Positions 25,566 to 51,360 of a stretch of 64,000 nt of DNA are shown here, piece by piece (position 1 is the stretch's first letter; each line of letters starts with the position of its first letter). The notes under the pieces were generated by a model, which was not told where the DNA came from, ran no database searches, and saw nothing but the letters and a program-made list of their open reading frames with translations. The position numbers and the translations under genes are program-made. Origin of the DNA: Anthoceros angustus (taxonomy: Eukaryota; Plantae; Anthocerotophyta); NCBI GenBank assembly GCA_010909165.1, contig MU008178.1, positions 1,004,369 to 1,068,368 of the forward strand, written 5' to 3'.

Positions 25566-26948
25566 GCCGTCGACAGATCAACCGTCATCGAGATCTGTCA
25601 CCTAAGAGCGAATCCCAGGAGCAGCGGACCTTAAGACATAGCTGCCCTCGGATGCCTGCCGCCAGATTAACGCAGCCCAAACTCCAGCACGGCATCCAAG
25701 ACCTCCCGAGTCTCCTCGACAGGTGCGTTCCGCAGTCACTCGTCAAATCCCTTCTACCTTCCAAGGCCTGCCAAGGCTTCGAGGGCCTGTGCTGTTCAAC
25801 AGCCCATCACATGAATTCCCCTGGACGAGGGTTTTTTGTTTTACGAAATTGGATTCCTGAATTGAAATTAACAAGAAGAGCCTTGTCGTTTGCTGCAGAA
25901 CAGGTACCTACTCTGCGGGCGCAACAAGCAGACAAAGTCTCCAAAGAAACGTGCAATGCATAGGGAGACGTGCTGTATGACAAGGTTGAGAGCTAGAGCC
26001 GAGCATCTTGATGATTTCCAGGCACCTTGTCATGCCTCAAGGCAGAACATCCTGCTCGAATGAGAACATCCAATTCAGAACGTACCTTACATCTTTCTCC
26101 GAGGCACATGTACAGACCCAATAACAAAACCAAATCGCGGAGTGCAAGCGAATTAAACACGGAAATTATCTGCCTACAGGACAGTGTTATGCTTGAGGAT
26201 TGCGGCCAAGTGGGGCCCTTACGTTTGCTGCTCTGTTAATCATGGTTGTACCTACGCGGAGAGGTGACTTACAATTGCGGGCCGGCTGTTATTAGCTGCT
26301 TTCCACTAAGTGGTCAGTCAAAGCCGGGCCTTGATCGCTTGCCCTGCCATCGCTGATCCATTTTGCATCGGCGGTTGTGGGCACCGAGCATCGCACGCCT
26401 CCGACGCTCCCACATGCCAATTTGCTGCATCTGTGCAGCATCGTGAGCTCTGGGCTCACCCAAGGTTTAAGAAAGTAAGCCCTCGTGCCTCCCCCACGTC
26501 TGTCTGTGTTGGGTTGAATCCATGGGCTTGTCGATCGCAGGACAACGTCTTGGAACAGCCTTTGCGCAGAAATAACCCACAACGTGCAGCTCCCAACTTC
26601 CGCAATGTGCTGGGTCTCGGGGATCAATTTGGCTAAGCAGGGAGCTGGATTGGGCTGTGAGCTGCCCTGTTGTGTTGCCTGCTTGAGACTTCGGACTTTG
26701 AGCTTTGTCGATCGGGGAGGGATTCAGGGCGATGGGCTTGCCTGCCCGCTGCTCTGACTGGTTCTGGGTGGGTGACTGGATCTTGTGATGCAATGGGCGA
26801 TCTCGATGCGCGTGGTAGTGGGCATGCCAGAGTCGACCGGTGAGGTCTTCAGAGAAGGCAGTGGGTATGTGTCGATGCGATTGCCATAACTCATCTGCCG
26901 GGTCTGTGCGGGATCATCCTGGCGACAGTGGGCAATACGGATTGAATT

Positions 26949-39120
<12,172 letters not shown>

Positions 39121-40438
39121 ATCGGCTGAAGCCTCTGTTGAGCATCATCACAGGTGAAGCAGGGACTGACACCCTCGTCAAAATGTGTGGCAGATTCTTT
39201 TGTGTTTCAGCTGTAAGGATTGGTTCATCCTGCACCTGTTGTTGTTTGTTTGAGTCCACGGCAGCTGCACGTATCGTGGACGAATGGTCTCGAGCGTCTG
39301 ATGGACATAGCCGAGGTACTTAGCTCTGAAGGATCTGCGGAGCCCCGTTTGGAGATTTGAACGAACCTGTCTAACCTGTTTTGGCCCGGCCGATTGGTGC
39401 AGATAACAAGCGCTGGCTGTTCTAGCGTCCCACTGAGCGGGTGACCGACGCCATGGCCCGAGATTGTGGAGCCATGGGCGCCGACATGGAGTACCGGCAT
39501 GAGGCAGTGCTGTGGCCGGCGAACAGTGCTCACAGTAGATGACACAAAAATGCTAGTGTAGTTTATGGAGCTTCCACCTGAAATACAGACTCGAGCGAGC
39601 AAGGTTGTGAAGGAAGGACAAAAGGCTCGCCACCCGAGTCCGGTGTCCATGGGGTTGGGAACTTGGGAATCGGATGTGTACACCGGCATTGCAGTCGATT
39701 GGCGGGTTGTGTTTGTTGGATGCCACAGAACTGTGCCACTGTATCCATAGCGTCGGTGGCAGCACATCGGCTGCCTGGAGCATCCGTGCATGTACAGTGC
39801 TGCAGTGTGATTCCACTGTCGATGCTGTCCGTTTGGACAGATGCAGAAATCATAGTTTAAACGTCAGCACAGGTCTCAGGTGCCCTAGCCCGGTCCCATC
39901 ACCCACAACCCCATTTCGGAAGGATCTCTTGCGTGTCGGGCCATGACTGGAACAAGCAACATCTCAGACAACGTTATGCATATGCTTCCCGATCCCACAT
40001 CCCCCAGCAGTGCTGTAAAACAGACGTTCGAGAAATCAGACAGCGATGGTGGCGTGCACTAGACTACTCCAAATATGCCCTCTTGGTTGCAGCAGTGCAC
40101 TGTGCTCGCCATCTGCAAATCGAAGCCCGACTCCTTACCCGTTGGCGGGCCCCACGGCAGGAAGAAACGTCTTACCTACCGGCTCTATCCACGCCGCACG
40201 CGCCCCTCCTTCCTAGAACAGGCCCAAAGTCCCGACCTCGTCCGCTTTGCTGCTAGCCAAGTGGCGGGGTTAGGTCGAAACTTGGCTAATTTTAGGGGGG
40301 AAGTTGCGTGTACGGCCGGTAGGTACGTCCCGGTGGGCCGGTCAACAAGGGTCGGCTGACCGGGTAGGGCCCCACCGTCACCATTATTCACAGCTGTGCT
40401 GGAACCGGGATTGCGCGGCCTGCTTCCGGTTGGTGTTT

Positions 40439-40601
40439 ATCCGGGCAATGCAGTGCTATATTTTTGTGCTGGGAATGCGGGCGGTCAAAGCACAGATGCG
40501 ATTAACGGGAAGGGAAAGGATCCGGGTAATGCAGTGTTATATTTTTGTGCTGGGAATGCGGGCGGTCAAACCGCAGGAGGCGATTAACGGGAAGGGAAGG
40601 G
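40439..40601. repeat. Direct tandem duplication (2 x ~81 bp) upstream of the peroxidase
   Basis: ATCCGGG(C/T)AATGCAGTG(C/T)TATATTTTTGTGCTGGGAATGCGGGCGGTCAAA..GCGATTAACGGGAAGGGAA starting at 40439 and 40520. Confidence 0.9.
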
Positions 40602-40746
40602 AAGGGAAGAGAAGCTGAAGCTGAAGCTGAAGCTGCGTGCGTTGTCGATGATGAGGAAGCCGGGCCCCGAGCAACGTGCTGGCCACCACTGCCAGGCTGG
40701 GCCTGGACGAGGGTGGCCCCGGCGCCGCATCCTCGCCCATGTCCCC

Positions 40747-40753
40747 TATAAAA
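40747..40753 (+). promoter_or_regulatory. Putative TATA box of the peroxidase gene
   Basis: TATAAAA in GC-rich context about 160 bp upstream of the ATG at 40908. Confidence 0.55.
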
Positions 40754-40907
40754 CGGCTCCGATGTCAGGATCATCTTCAGGCCTCGACTCCCGCGGTTGT
40801 CACCCGGTCCCGGATCGGATCACCGTTGACAGCGAGAGATAGACCCGGGGGAGGCTTCTCCTGACCCTGCCTCGGCCTCTGCCTCTGCCTCCAGAAGCTT
40901 GCCCGCC

Positions 40908-42236
40908 ATGGCTGCTTCCAGGATTTTCTGCCTCTCGCTTTTCCTTTTCCTGGCCGTGTTCGACACCCACCTCCTCACTGTGGCCGCCCAGCTCCAGTAC
41001 AACTACTACGCCAAAACCTGCCCCCAGGCCTACGACATCATCAAGAGCGAGACCTACCGCTACTACAAGATTCACGGCAACTACGCCACCTCCGCCTACC
41101 GCAACATCTTCCACGACTGCGCTGTCGACGTACGTATCCCGCCTGCTGTCTGCGTGCTGCCTTGCGTTGCCTGCATTCGCATTCTGTGTGCTGGCTTCTG
41201 TCGGTTTGTTGGAAAGAAGTTGGAGGAGCAAACAATTTGCAAAGAGTTGAGATTTGGGACTTGTGTGTTCCAGAAATGCGATGCCTCCATCTTGCTGGAT
41301 GGGACTCCCGGAGTGCCCAATGAGAGGGCGTCCTTCAAGAACTTCGGGCTCAGGAACTTCAAGTACTTCCACTCGCTCAAGGCCACCTTGGAGAAGGCGT
41401 GCCCCGGCATTGTGTCCTGCGCTGATCTCGTTGCCCTCACCGGAGTTTACAGTGTGGAAATTGTAGGTGTTGGGTCCCAGTTCCTGTCACCGGTTTTGCG
41501 ATGATGCAATGGTCCACCCCTGCGGCTCACATTTTTCTTGCTGCTGCAATCTCCAGTTAGGAGATATCTACGTGGAGATCAAGACCGGGAGATTGGACGG
41601 GTCCGTCACCCTGAAGGAGCACGCCGACAGCCAGCTCATCAGCAAGGATGCTTCCACAGCCGAGGTCCTGACCAGGTTCAAGGAGCTGGGCATCAACACC
41701 GAGCAAGCTGTCGCTCTTCTTGGTATGTGCCAGTTGCCCACAATTTCTGCACCGGTCATAGGTCATCCGTATTTGAGTACTGCTCATTGACAGTAACATT
41801 GCGATCCCCGGGTGTGAATCGTTGTGCAGGAGGGCACTCTGTCGGACGGGCTCACTGCCAGAATCTCAACTCCAGACTGTATCCCACGGTGTCGCCCGAC
41901 TACTTCCTTCCAGGCCTTGGAGCTTTCCTGCTCAAGAGGTGCCCGGAGAAGCAGCCTGCCAAGCCCACCGACCCCTTCTACGCCAGGTTCGATGAGATCA
42001 CGCCTATGGGGCTGGACAACAACTACTTCAAGAATCTCATCAATGGCAGGGGGCTTCTGCACGTCGACAGTCAGCTGTACTCCGACCCCATCACCAAGCC
42101 CTATGTCCTCAAGTTTGCCAACGACAACGAATACTTCAAGCAGGTGTTTGGGGCGGCCATCAAGATCTTGCTGGAGTTCAATGCTTTCACAGGGCCCGGC
42201 GGCAAGGTGCACAAGAACTGCAGGACAGGCATCTGA
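40908..42236 (+). CDS. Class III secretory peroxidase (PRX21/PRX42-like), 4 exons
   Basis: Signal peptide, QLQYNYYAKTCP, RNIFHDCAV/CDASILL distal motif, CPGIVSCADL, GGHSVGRAHC proximal His, DNNYFKNL; classical 3-intron layout. Confidence 0.93.
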
Positions 42237-44346
42237 GCTGTGAGATCCTACCCACACATGTAGGCTTGTTTTGGGCAGTTTGTATTATGTGTCTCATGCG
42301 TATTTTGAGTGGGGCCACGGTACCAACGGTGGCCAAAAATTATTTGCCTCTCTGCCACATTTGTCTCAAGTGTGAATAACTGTAGTGAAACATTGGAGTA
42401 ATAAGGTTGTACATCTCTGTCTCCTGCTTCCCCTTCCATGGCACTAGACTAGTACTGCTGTGTCTGGACTGCACGTCACCTCGCATGGTAGCTCACGCAC
42501 AACTGCGTAACATCCCCATGTTATCACTATGTCCGTACAAGTCTGATGGATGGATAAGCGATGGATGACCAGATGCGTACACCCATCCATGACGAAAAAG
42601 TTAGAGATAGACTAGAACAGCCCTTCGGATTTGCAAGGGGTGCTCTCCTGCCTCCTTCTGTGGTTAGACCAAAACACAAGGACGCACCTTCTGACAAGCT
42701 GTCCACATGATGGTGTACCTTACAATAGGAGCTCCAAAAGGCGAAGCATATCACAGGCTGACTGTGTTCGATGCTGTCAGTCAAGGTCCCGCATTAACGC
42801 AGTGTACATACATAGACATGGGTACAAGTTACAACCATACATGTCATGATCCAGTAGAAGAAGAAGAAGAAGAATTTTATTTAAGTCCACTAAGGACGGA
42901 TTTCCGTCATGGGACTTGGTGTGCCTAAGCTACTTGCACCAAGGGCATCCACTCCCTTTAGGCACCCCATCTAAGTACCGATCCAAGCTCAGGATGCTTA
43001 ACCACGGCATTGTTATAAATGTGTCTCCATTTGGCCTAGGCCATTTGGTCACAGTAGCCATGATCCTCAACGAACTCTGTGGTGCACCATGCACTAAATA
43101 AAATTGAACAGATGCCGCAGTTGGGCATCACACGATCACAGCCTACAGGCCTTTCCACTCGGTGCGCATCAAATCTGTAGACTCCGGGAATCTCGCTCCT
43201 AAAAATGTCCAGGGTTGAAAGAAATGTATCCATTCCTACAGAGCCTTGTCGCGTCGTGGGCTGCCTGCCAGGTTTTGCAGTGCAATCAACTGGCAACATC
43301 GTGTGAGAGGAGGTTGGGGTCCGGGGAACCAGGAATCTGGGGTTGGTACTGGATCAGATGAGGACTCGGAGTTGTGCTGCTTTGGTCTCCGTAGATGCGG
43401 TGAGTGCACTGACAATGCAACTAGGCTACATACACACATACATGTGTAGCTGGATGTCGACGGCAATGCCTGCAGGCTGCTGGCACTCCGAGTCTTGCGA
43501 ATGACCATCTTTCGCAGTGCATCTCAATTCTACATCTTTTTCATGTTTGTCAACGCACGCTTGGATAATTTTTGGGAGGCTAGTTGTCGGCAGGTTTGCG
43601 GAATTTTGGTTTTCAGTTCACCTGAAATGACAACTCGCGCTGCAGTGGGTGTGATTGCGATACGACACGAGAAGCTCGCACAGAGCTGGATCAGGGTGTA
43701 GCGGATTTCATCTTCAAGCCTTGAAATGCCCTCCGGCTACTCGGAGCTGAGCTGATGGATGTGCACACGCACGTACAGTTTCGACTCATGGACGGGAACG
43801 ATCGTGCGATAGGGTTGAGACAGTTGCAACATGCAGCGACTCTCGTCTGTTCTGGACACAACTCACACAAGGAGAACCGGAGCTTACCGTATGGAAAACC
43901 TTGGAAATCCGGGAAGAATGGGCGGCCTCGAGGGCACGGCTGTTTGGACACACTTAGTGACTGGGGTCGTTACACAGCGCAGCACTTCGATGGATTCGTA
44001 AGGAGTAATGGCATTCAGCGCCCCGGTGTCTGAACGTAAGTAGGCTATTCCTGGGAGTCGCTGGAAGGAGGGCACATGATCAAACTCTTATAACCATTCA
44101 GCCACTAAGTACAGGAAACAGTTCCCCATTTTTAAACCTCCGTCTCCATCCAACCATTACATGGGAAAAGCACTCAGCCGTTGTTGTCAGCTGTTCGCTG
44201 GGAACAGAAAGAACCCTCCGTGAACTTGGCATACAAAGAGGTCCTGTCCTGTGTGCAAGTGTTATACACTCACAAACCTGTGATACTTGCCCACAGAAAC
44301 AGACAAAGGCCCAGTTCTTGTGATTGGTAGCAATTTTTAATGGCTA

Positions 44347-45614
44347 TCATTCTGAGGCTGTACGGCCAGATGGAAAATAGACACCCTCTGCTGCAACCCA
44401 GATGCTTTGGGATGTCTTCTTCGTCACCCCGCACACCTGCCACACAGAGAACTAACTACAAGTGAGCAAGTGCTCCTTCAAGACGGCTGTACAGCATCAG
44501 GACAGGAGTGGTTCAGCAGTTGTGGCACGTGAGACATACCTCTTGCTGGCCAGCAACAATGCGACTGTATTTCTTGTCGTGGCTGTGCAAATAGCCACCA
44601 GTATCTACATGTTGTAGCCGGACCTTCTGATCCCTAAGCCACACGTCTTCCTTGCCTTCGATTTCAAGCCTAGCATGATAATCGAACAAAATAAGACTTC
44701 TCCATAGCTAACAGATTTAAGTCAGACAACTTCAAATTGCTCTAGCTGGACAGCTGCATCCAAATCAACAAGATAGCATAGCAAAGACTTATGAATGGAT
44801 GGAAGACCATCAGCCAACACGTTGATCACTCTATCTGAGGCTAACATGACATGAAAATACACTACCTCCAATGATCTCCGGTGTCACTTTGGCCATCTCC
44901 TCCAAAGCAACTCACCTGCAATGTGGCGGACACGAAGTGAAACCCCTAGTAACATAAGGACCGACAATGAGTCACAACCTATGTGTGGTAGGATGTGCCA
45001 GAGATTTTACCTCCAAATTCCCAGAGATGGGAGATTGGTGAAGATGGCTGTGCAGCCATTTCCTTGTCCGAGCGTGTTGTAATCGCACTGTTGAACCATC
45101 CGGAATCAGCTCTCCCTGTCGAGGTTCACCACCTACAAGGTGTACCACCTGGGAAGACAAGCCCGTTCAGTTTAGATTTCACAACTGATACTGCAAGCAG
45201 CTCATCCAGTAGCCTACAAGCTTTTGTGAAAATAGCCTACAAGCAATTGAAACCCTCACCCAGTAGCTGTTAGCATCCTCCACGCCAGGAAAGCCAGTAA
45301 CAGATTGCTGCCCGCTCCCCGTCCCATAGGGCACCTCATGGGAGTGCAACCGAAACTTGGTTTTGTCATGCATCAGCTTGATCAAGCTGCCGTGAGTAAC
45401 CTGGAACACAAATTGGTGACAATATCAAAATTCCCACAACTCCGTCGAGTGCAAATACACAAACCTAACCCTACAAGCCAATTCACGACAGACAGACACC
45501 AACCTCTGAGCCCTCAGGCGCAGCATCAACCACTGTGGGGGTGGGAGCATCTTGGAAAGGTGTGGTTCCTCCCAACATAATGCAGACCACAATGGCCAGC
45601 GTCGAGAACGCCAT
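44347..45614 (-). CDS. SDF2: Stromal cell-derived factor 2-like ER protein (three MIR domains), 6 exons: 45614-45504, 45400-45260, 45148-45011, 44915-44866, 44669-44540, 44436-44347
   Basis: Spliced: signal peptide, VTHGSLIKLMHDKTKFRLHSHEVPYGTGSGQQSVTGF..ANSYW, RLQHARTRKWLHSHLHQSPISGNLEVSCFG, SDTGDHWR, VRLQHVDTGGYLHSH, WVAAEGVYFP; all introns GT-AG and in frame. Confidence 0.93.
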
Positions 45615-47642
45615 CCCTAACAGCGATATAAGCAACAAGTGTGAACTCCAGAGAGGAGGAGGCTTCTTCGGCTGGGCACGACTCCTTTTGCGTGAGGGCT
45701 GCGTGGCAGATCTGGCAGAGGCCGTGGGGGTGGGTGGAGGGACCTGCTGCCCCCGCGGCCTCGGCTGTGCACCCTCGGCCAGAATGCCAGATCGTTCACC
45801 CCTGCCTGCTGGAGCCGTCCGACCGTAATTCCCCCCCGCGTCTGAAAAGGCTTTACCTCCCGGTTCCCCACCTTCTGATGCTCTCGGTGGTTGGTCAGTC
45901 CGCGGAGGCAAACCACCGTTCGCCTTTCCTGCAGTTCCCTCGTTTGGTGTTCGCTGACTCGTCATTGGCTGCTGGACGTGGCCTTCGCGAGCTGGCACCA
46001 TTTTATTGGTTGCAAACTTGGATACCTGAGCAGCCACCTGGGACGTTCGCTCCGGGTTTGTTCGATATCCGTAAAACCCCCTTTATACCATGTTTAAGTC
46101 GTAAATATTGGCGATTGGAGAACTGTACCTAAAGCTGGACTGACTGGACCTTGCAGCGCAAGCCCGGTTTCCGAACCGGTCCAAAAGGGTTTTTATTTCT
46201 TCTACAAAGAATTCAGGTAAAGGATATGAAGCGTCCTGGCTCCTGGGTTTCATCGGTCCAAGCTTGTCGCCCTGTGCCCCAAGTACAGACAAGAATGAGC
46301 GTTTTCCATTAGCTATCAGCATCAGCACACGGTTGCACCTCAGTTTTCATCGAGATAGGTTTGGACTGCTGGAGAGTGACAATGTCACGGAGATAGGTTT
46401 GGAGCATAGGATTGTGTCATTTTCAAAGAGATGAGCTTGGAGTATGGAAGAATGGCAAGTTTACGGAATTCCGAGCCGAGGAGAGTGCCGACTTGGATAG
46501 CCCCCGCCTAACCTACGCCTCAACATCTGGAGACACGAAAAAAGGTTTACAACACGCGCATCATAAAATGGTTAAACAATACACGCATCAAAACACTACG
46601 ACAACGACTTCATAACTTCAAAGACTTCAAAGACTTCATAACTGCAAAGACTTCATAACACATTTTTCAACTTCACTTACAACCTCACGCTGTGATGTAC
46701 ACATTACAGCCGTTAAAATTTTGAGAGCTTTGAAATGTTTGAAATTTTGAGAGCTTTGAAATGTTTTAAAATATCTAAGTATAATTTTCTGTAAATCTGA
46801 GAGTTATGAAATGTTATAAAACTTTTAGGAGCTAGCTTCCATGCTATACTATGTGCACAAGCCAAATTGATGTTATATGACCAATTTGACATAATAAATA
46901 TATTTTTAAATATATATCAAAATATGAATAATATGATCCAAGATAACAAATTGACGACATGCATTTATAACTCATTTACAATATGCAGGTACTACGATAT
47001 TTTATTACTCTTCCCTAATATGCTTTAGACGATATATGTAATATATTTGCAATATGTAGTTATATTTTATTTGTATTTAGAATCAAAATAATCATATCTA
47101 AATTAAAAAAATTATCTAATATTTTCATGTATTATATACGGAACAAGTAAGAAGCCATACATAAAAGGAATAACTCTAGATAGTTAGTAAGTTAAGAGGT
47201 TAATGGTGATGAGACTTTGCTTAGAGCTAAGGAAAGCTAGCCTAATTAAGGCAATTACTTAGAGGTGAAGTAAGCCTCCCTATACAAAGGGATGAGGCTA
47301 GTCCTGAAAAGTTTTCGGTATCACTTGCACCACACTCTTGTTGAGAAGGATTGAGGTGCTTAGAGTCTATGTGTGTAAAAGATCTTTCAGGAGGAGATCA
47401 AGAGGAGATTGCACATTGACTCCTTAGCATAGACCACAACTATTGGCCAATGCTCATCCCTCCAAAGGACTTCCATGCTTTCAAGGGTAGGTTAATCATC
47501 TTCACATTCAGTTGTGATGCTTGAATAAGCAAAGGTTGAGTTATTCATACAACCAAAGGTGGACTTGTTCTTGCTTAGCCTTGGTGTACGAGTCTTTGGG
47601 AAATATCAATCGACTTAAAGAATAGGTGTTCAAGGAGGAAGG

Positions 47643-48201
47643 TGTCATGCCGTGTGACACTAATCTCTGCACTTGGATTTAGTGTTTGATTAGCATTAAG
47701 TAATCTAATCACTTATCTTTAAGTAAGTAATTAGTACTGAGCTTATGTTAATTAAGCGTCGATTAGTGTTACTTAAATATGGTTAACAATAGCTAAGTGG
47801 ATAAGCTCAAGTAATAGGCTTTAGCATATTCCTTGCACATTATAGTGTATTCTTAGGATATTTCCGGCATATGCTGAAGCCAATAGGATATCTTAGGAAT
47901 ATGCCGATGCCAAGGGCTAGTATATATAGACCCTTTCATAGAGGATAAGCTGAGATCATACCTTGTCCTCTAGATATGCAATGCAAGAGTGTTGTGAGGA
48001 GGCCAAAGCTATGACTCCCGAGAGAGATGTGTGAGGAATTGTGGGTTGTTCTCGTGGGGAGAGTGTGTTTGTGCCACGACGTGCGAGCTACTCCATCCTA
48101 TTGTTATTGGTTTGCACCTATACTTGCGTATTAGATTTGTTTTGCTTGGTTGTCTGTTGAGGAAGTGCTCATATGAATGCAAGTGCTTACCTCGTGCGAC
48201 A
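47643..48201 (+). mobile_element. Solo LTR (LTR family copy 2) with TG..CA termini and a 4-bp target-site duplication AAGG
   Basis: Starts TGTCATGC, ends GTGCGACA; AAGG at 47639-47642 and 48202-48205; internal TATATATA. Confidence 0.88.
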
Positions 48202-48607
48202 AAGGAAAGAATGCGAGGATGATGGATCCCTCCAGTTGGCGGATATGTCAAAACGGGCGGGTCTACAGTAGGCCGGACTCGGAGAAGGATGGAATCACTA
48301 TTGGTTCACTCAAGAAGGAGGTACAAGCCTCCAACTCGTCGGGCTTCAAGAATCCTTCCACCTCATGCTGGCTGAAAGCTCGACAAATAGGCGGCAGCTT
48401 CTCCCTAGCAAACCAATTGTGGTTTCATCCTTCTCCAAGGTCAGCCTACCTTAGGCTCGACGGACATGACGTATCTAACAACTGTAAAAATCCATTATCC
48501 TTGTTTTCTTTTCCTCCTCATTGAACACCTGTTCTTTAGGTCAATTAATATTTAGGAAACACTCCACCAAGCCTATCTTTGCTTTGCGACAAAGGCTATT
48601 ATTGAAC

Positions 48608-48665
<58 letters not shown>
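48608..48665. repeat. (ATT)n microsatellite
   Basis: Pure TAT/ATT run. Confidence 0.97.
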
Positions 48666-48667
<2 letters not shown>

Positions 48668-49425
48668 GTCCTAATCTTGGATGATTACTTAAAATATGTA
48701 GTTGATTCCTTGTTCTGTACACAACCTTTTCACTTCCATCTTCATACCATGCTCCTCTTGTATGATGTAAATCATATTTCAAAGTAGGTGAAGAAGATGT
48801 GTTATTAGATGTCGGCAGAATGTTAGAGTTTGATTGTTTAGATAATGAAATATCCAATTTATCAAAAAAATTTAATTAAATTAAAAATTTTATGTTTTAA
48901 AATTCCTATTTCAGTATTAGTTTCTAGAACTTTGAAGATGACTTATTTCTGATCTATTGTTAACAAGAATGTTGTGAGTTGCTATTATCCTACGGGTTAG
49001 AAATTGAGGAAGCAATAGGGCCAGCACACATATTAGGAATATGTAATGAAAGATTAATTCTAATGCCTTGACGTGCATTGGATTAAAAACTCATAGTAAA
49101 GCACGTTTGGCAAGGTTGGTTAGCTTTCCTTGATCTGCATTTGTAGTAAGGTCAGAGACAATGAAATTTGCTATGTAGATATAGGTCTCTTTTATTGTTC
49201 TGTCTATAACCTCTGGTTTTCTATTACTTCTAAACTTGTGACTCCTATTTACTACTTCTGCCCACTTCTTCGGGATGCCCTTCATGTCTGTGACTTTGAA
49301 GGTGAATACTTCGCTGAATTCCCCTAGTAGCTATTTGAGCCCTTCCCTCAGGTCCTTCGACATGCCCTTCTTGAACTTTAGGAACTTGCCTGGCCTCACC
49401 TCCACATCTTCCACATCGTCAGGAT

Positions 49426-50050
49426 TCACCGTATCACGTTCCCGTGCTGCCTCACTACGTCCGAACCCTTCGTCCTCCATTCGTGGATGATCCTCGCGCA
49501 TTCCCCATTCCCGAAAAAGCTCGTCATAGGTGAATCAAGTAACCCCTTCAATGTCCGCCGCCTCCTCGTCAGCGTGGTCCGGCTCCTCCTTGTCAACGTC
49601 CAGTGCTTGGCTCGTTGAGGCGTCCACCCGGAAGCAGTCAATCACCTCCGCTCCAAAGGCGTCCCTTCGATAATCCATCTCTTCCTCGGACCACCGGATT
49701 TTGGAGAAGGGGTATGCTTCGTGCGTGCTGTCGCATTCGGCATCAGTAGTGTCCTCGGCGGAGGTATACCCGTCAGTGGTGCTCGCAGTCTCCCCACAGT
49801 ACGTGTTCTTGCTCCAGGTGATCGCCACTCTTCCTTCTCTCACCTTGGGATCCCAGTCCACCGGTTTGAAGTGGATTTCTTTCCTTCCGAAGTGCAGTTT
49901 CGTTTGAGCCAGACCGAGCCAGGGTCGTCCCACCAGCACCTCATACCCCAAGGGTCCTCTAGGTTTGATGACTACGAAATCCAACGTATACGGTGCGCCA
50001 GCTATGTAGTATGTGAAGGAGGGGGACCTGGCTTCCTTTACGACAGTCGC
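49426..50050 (-). mobile_element. Gypsy-like protease C-terminal half and downstream linker (fragment)
   Basis: LDFVVIKP..YEVLVGRPWL motif; catalytic DTG/DSG half absent. Confidence 0.65.
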
Positions 50051-50054
50051 CACA

Positions 50055-50229
50055 TATATTTTCCAGGCAAGCTTCACCTAAGATGGATGGGCCCATACCA
50101 AGTGGTGCAGATAGGACCACGCCGGGAACTGGCCATGGGGCCACTCGCACGTGCATAGTGAGCAGGCAATAAGACCGATTTAGGAGTGTAATAAAGGCAC
50201 TACCTCGGAACGTAGTGTAAGAGGGGGGT
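50055..50229 (+). mobile_element. Gypsy-like integrase C-terminus (GPY/F motif) followed by a polypurine tract
   Basis: FPGKLHLRWMGPYQVVQI; AAGAGGGGGG at 50219-50228, followed within 2 nt by TG. Confidence 0.65.
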
Positions 50230-51360
50230 TGCCATCCCAGTAAAGTGATCTTTCTTTTAGGGTTGATGCCGCGTTACACTTGCAGACTTTTGTGAGTCCA
50301 GTACTAACGCGAGTCCCGAGTCACTGAGTGAGTGGACTACTCTGGAGAGAATTATCTAGATTCTGGTGACGGACCCTAACGCATGGTGGTGAGTGCAGGT
50401 GTGGAGAACCCAGGACCCCTACTCTTCCGTGGCAGGATCCCGACGGCCGGCGGACCGGAACGGGCGTAGTTAATTAGTCACCAGAGAGGGCGTGTAGAGC
50501 CTGGACTGGACGGACTGGTGAACGCAACGCGAAGGTGCTGCAACCCACACACACCGGGACATGCAATTTCAACAAGACACCTCTGGGTGCGGACGAGGAC
50601 GACAAGAGGGGAACGACGAAGGAGCTAAGAGAGAGAGAGAGAGAGAGAATCTTGGAACGAGAACGAGTCCTTAAACATTCGGCCATACCGGGCCTGTACA
50701 GTAATGTACTAGTGAGATGCAACGTAAATCGCGCGGTTGTAACCCGGTGCGTGATATGGACGCTGGGGGTGTAGTGGGTAATACAAACCCTGGATCGGCT
50801 GTGAAGCGGATAGTCAATCTAAAAGTGGTTCCTCCACCTCACGGTTCGGTCTGCAGTGCGACCGCGGAAGACGTGCGAGGCGGACGGTGTCGACCGCAGC
50901 TGGAAGCTGTTAGCGGGTAGCCGAGCGCAGATGAAGGGTAAGTTAGGCGAGCCGAGTAGGAAATCGCAAGCGAACGGGAGGATCATTTCCTTGGGAATGG
51001 ACCCCATACCACAACGACACGTGGTCAGTGTACGCCCGGCTGGCCTTCAGCAAAAGTAGTACCACAACGGGATTGATCGGCTCCGGGAGGTTGGAAGCTG
51101 AGTCTCGGAAATGACTGTCTTCTTTCACGATTCGTGGGTACGTAAGAGCTTGGCCGCGTTCAGGCCAAGAACCCATGCAGTAACAAACTGTGGCTACTGG
51201 TTATGAGGTTCTTTACACGTTTCTACATGTCTAATTTCCTATTTATGTATTTACCTAATTAATCATGTGCGCGTTATTACGGATCCCGTTCCATTCGTTC
51301 TTGACATGCTTTTGTGTCCCGAGTCTATCTGGATCCAAGCTGGTCATCTGCTGTGACATA

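Noticed and set aside
42400-44300. Possible small spliced gene between the peroxidase and SDF2
   Set aside because: Some splice-like sites, but no coherent recognisable protein could be assembled
45615-46037. N-terminal extension of SDF2 in ORF 45483-46037
   Set aside because: The signal peptide begins at ATG 45614; the upstream open frame is GC-rich promoter/5' UTR
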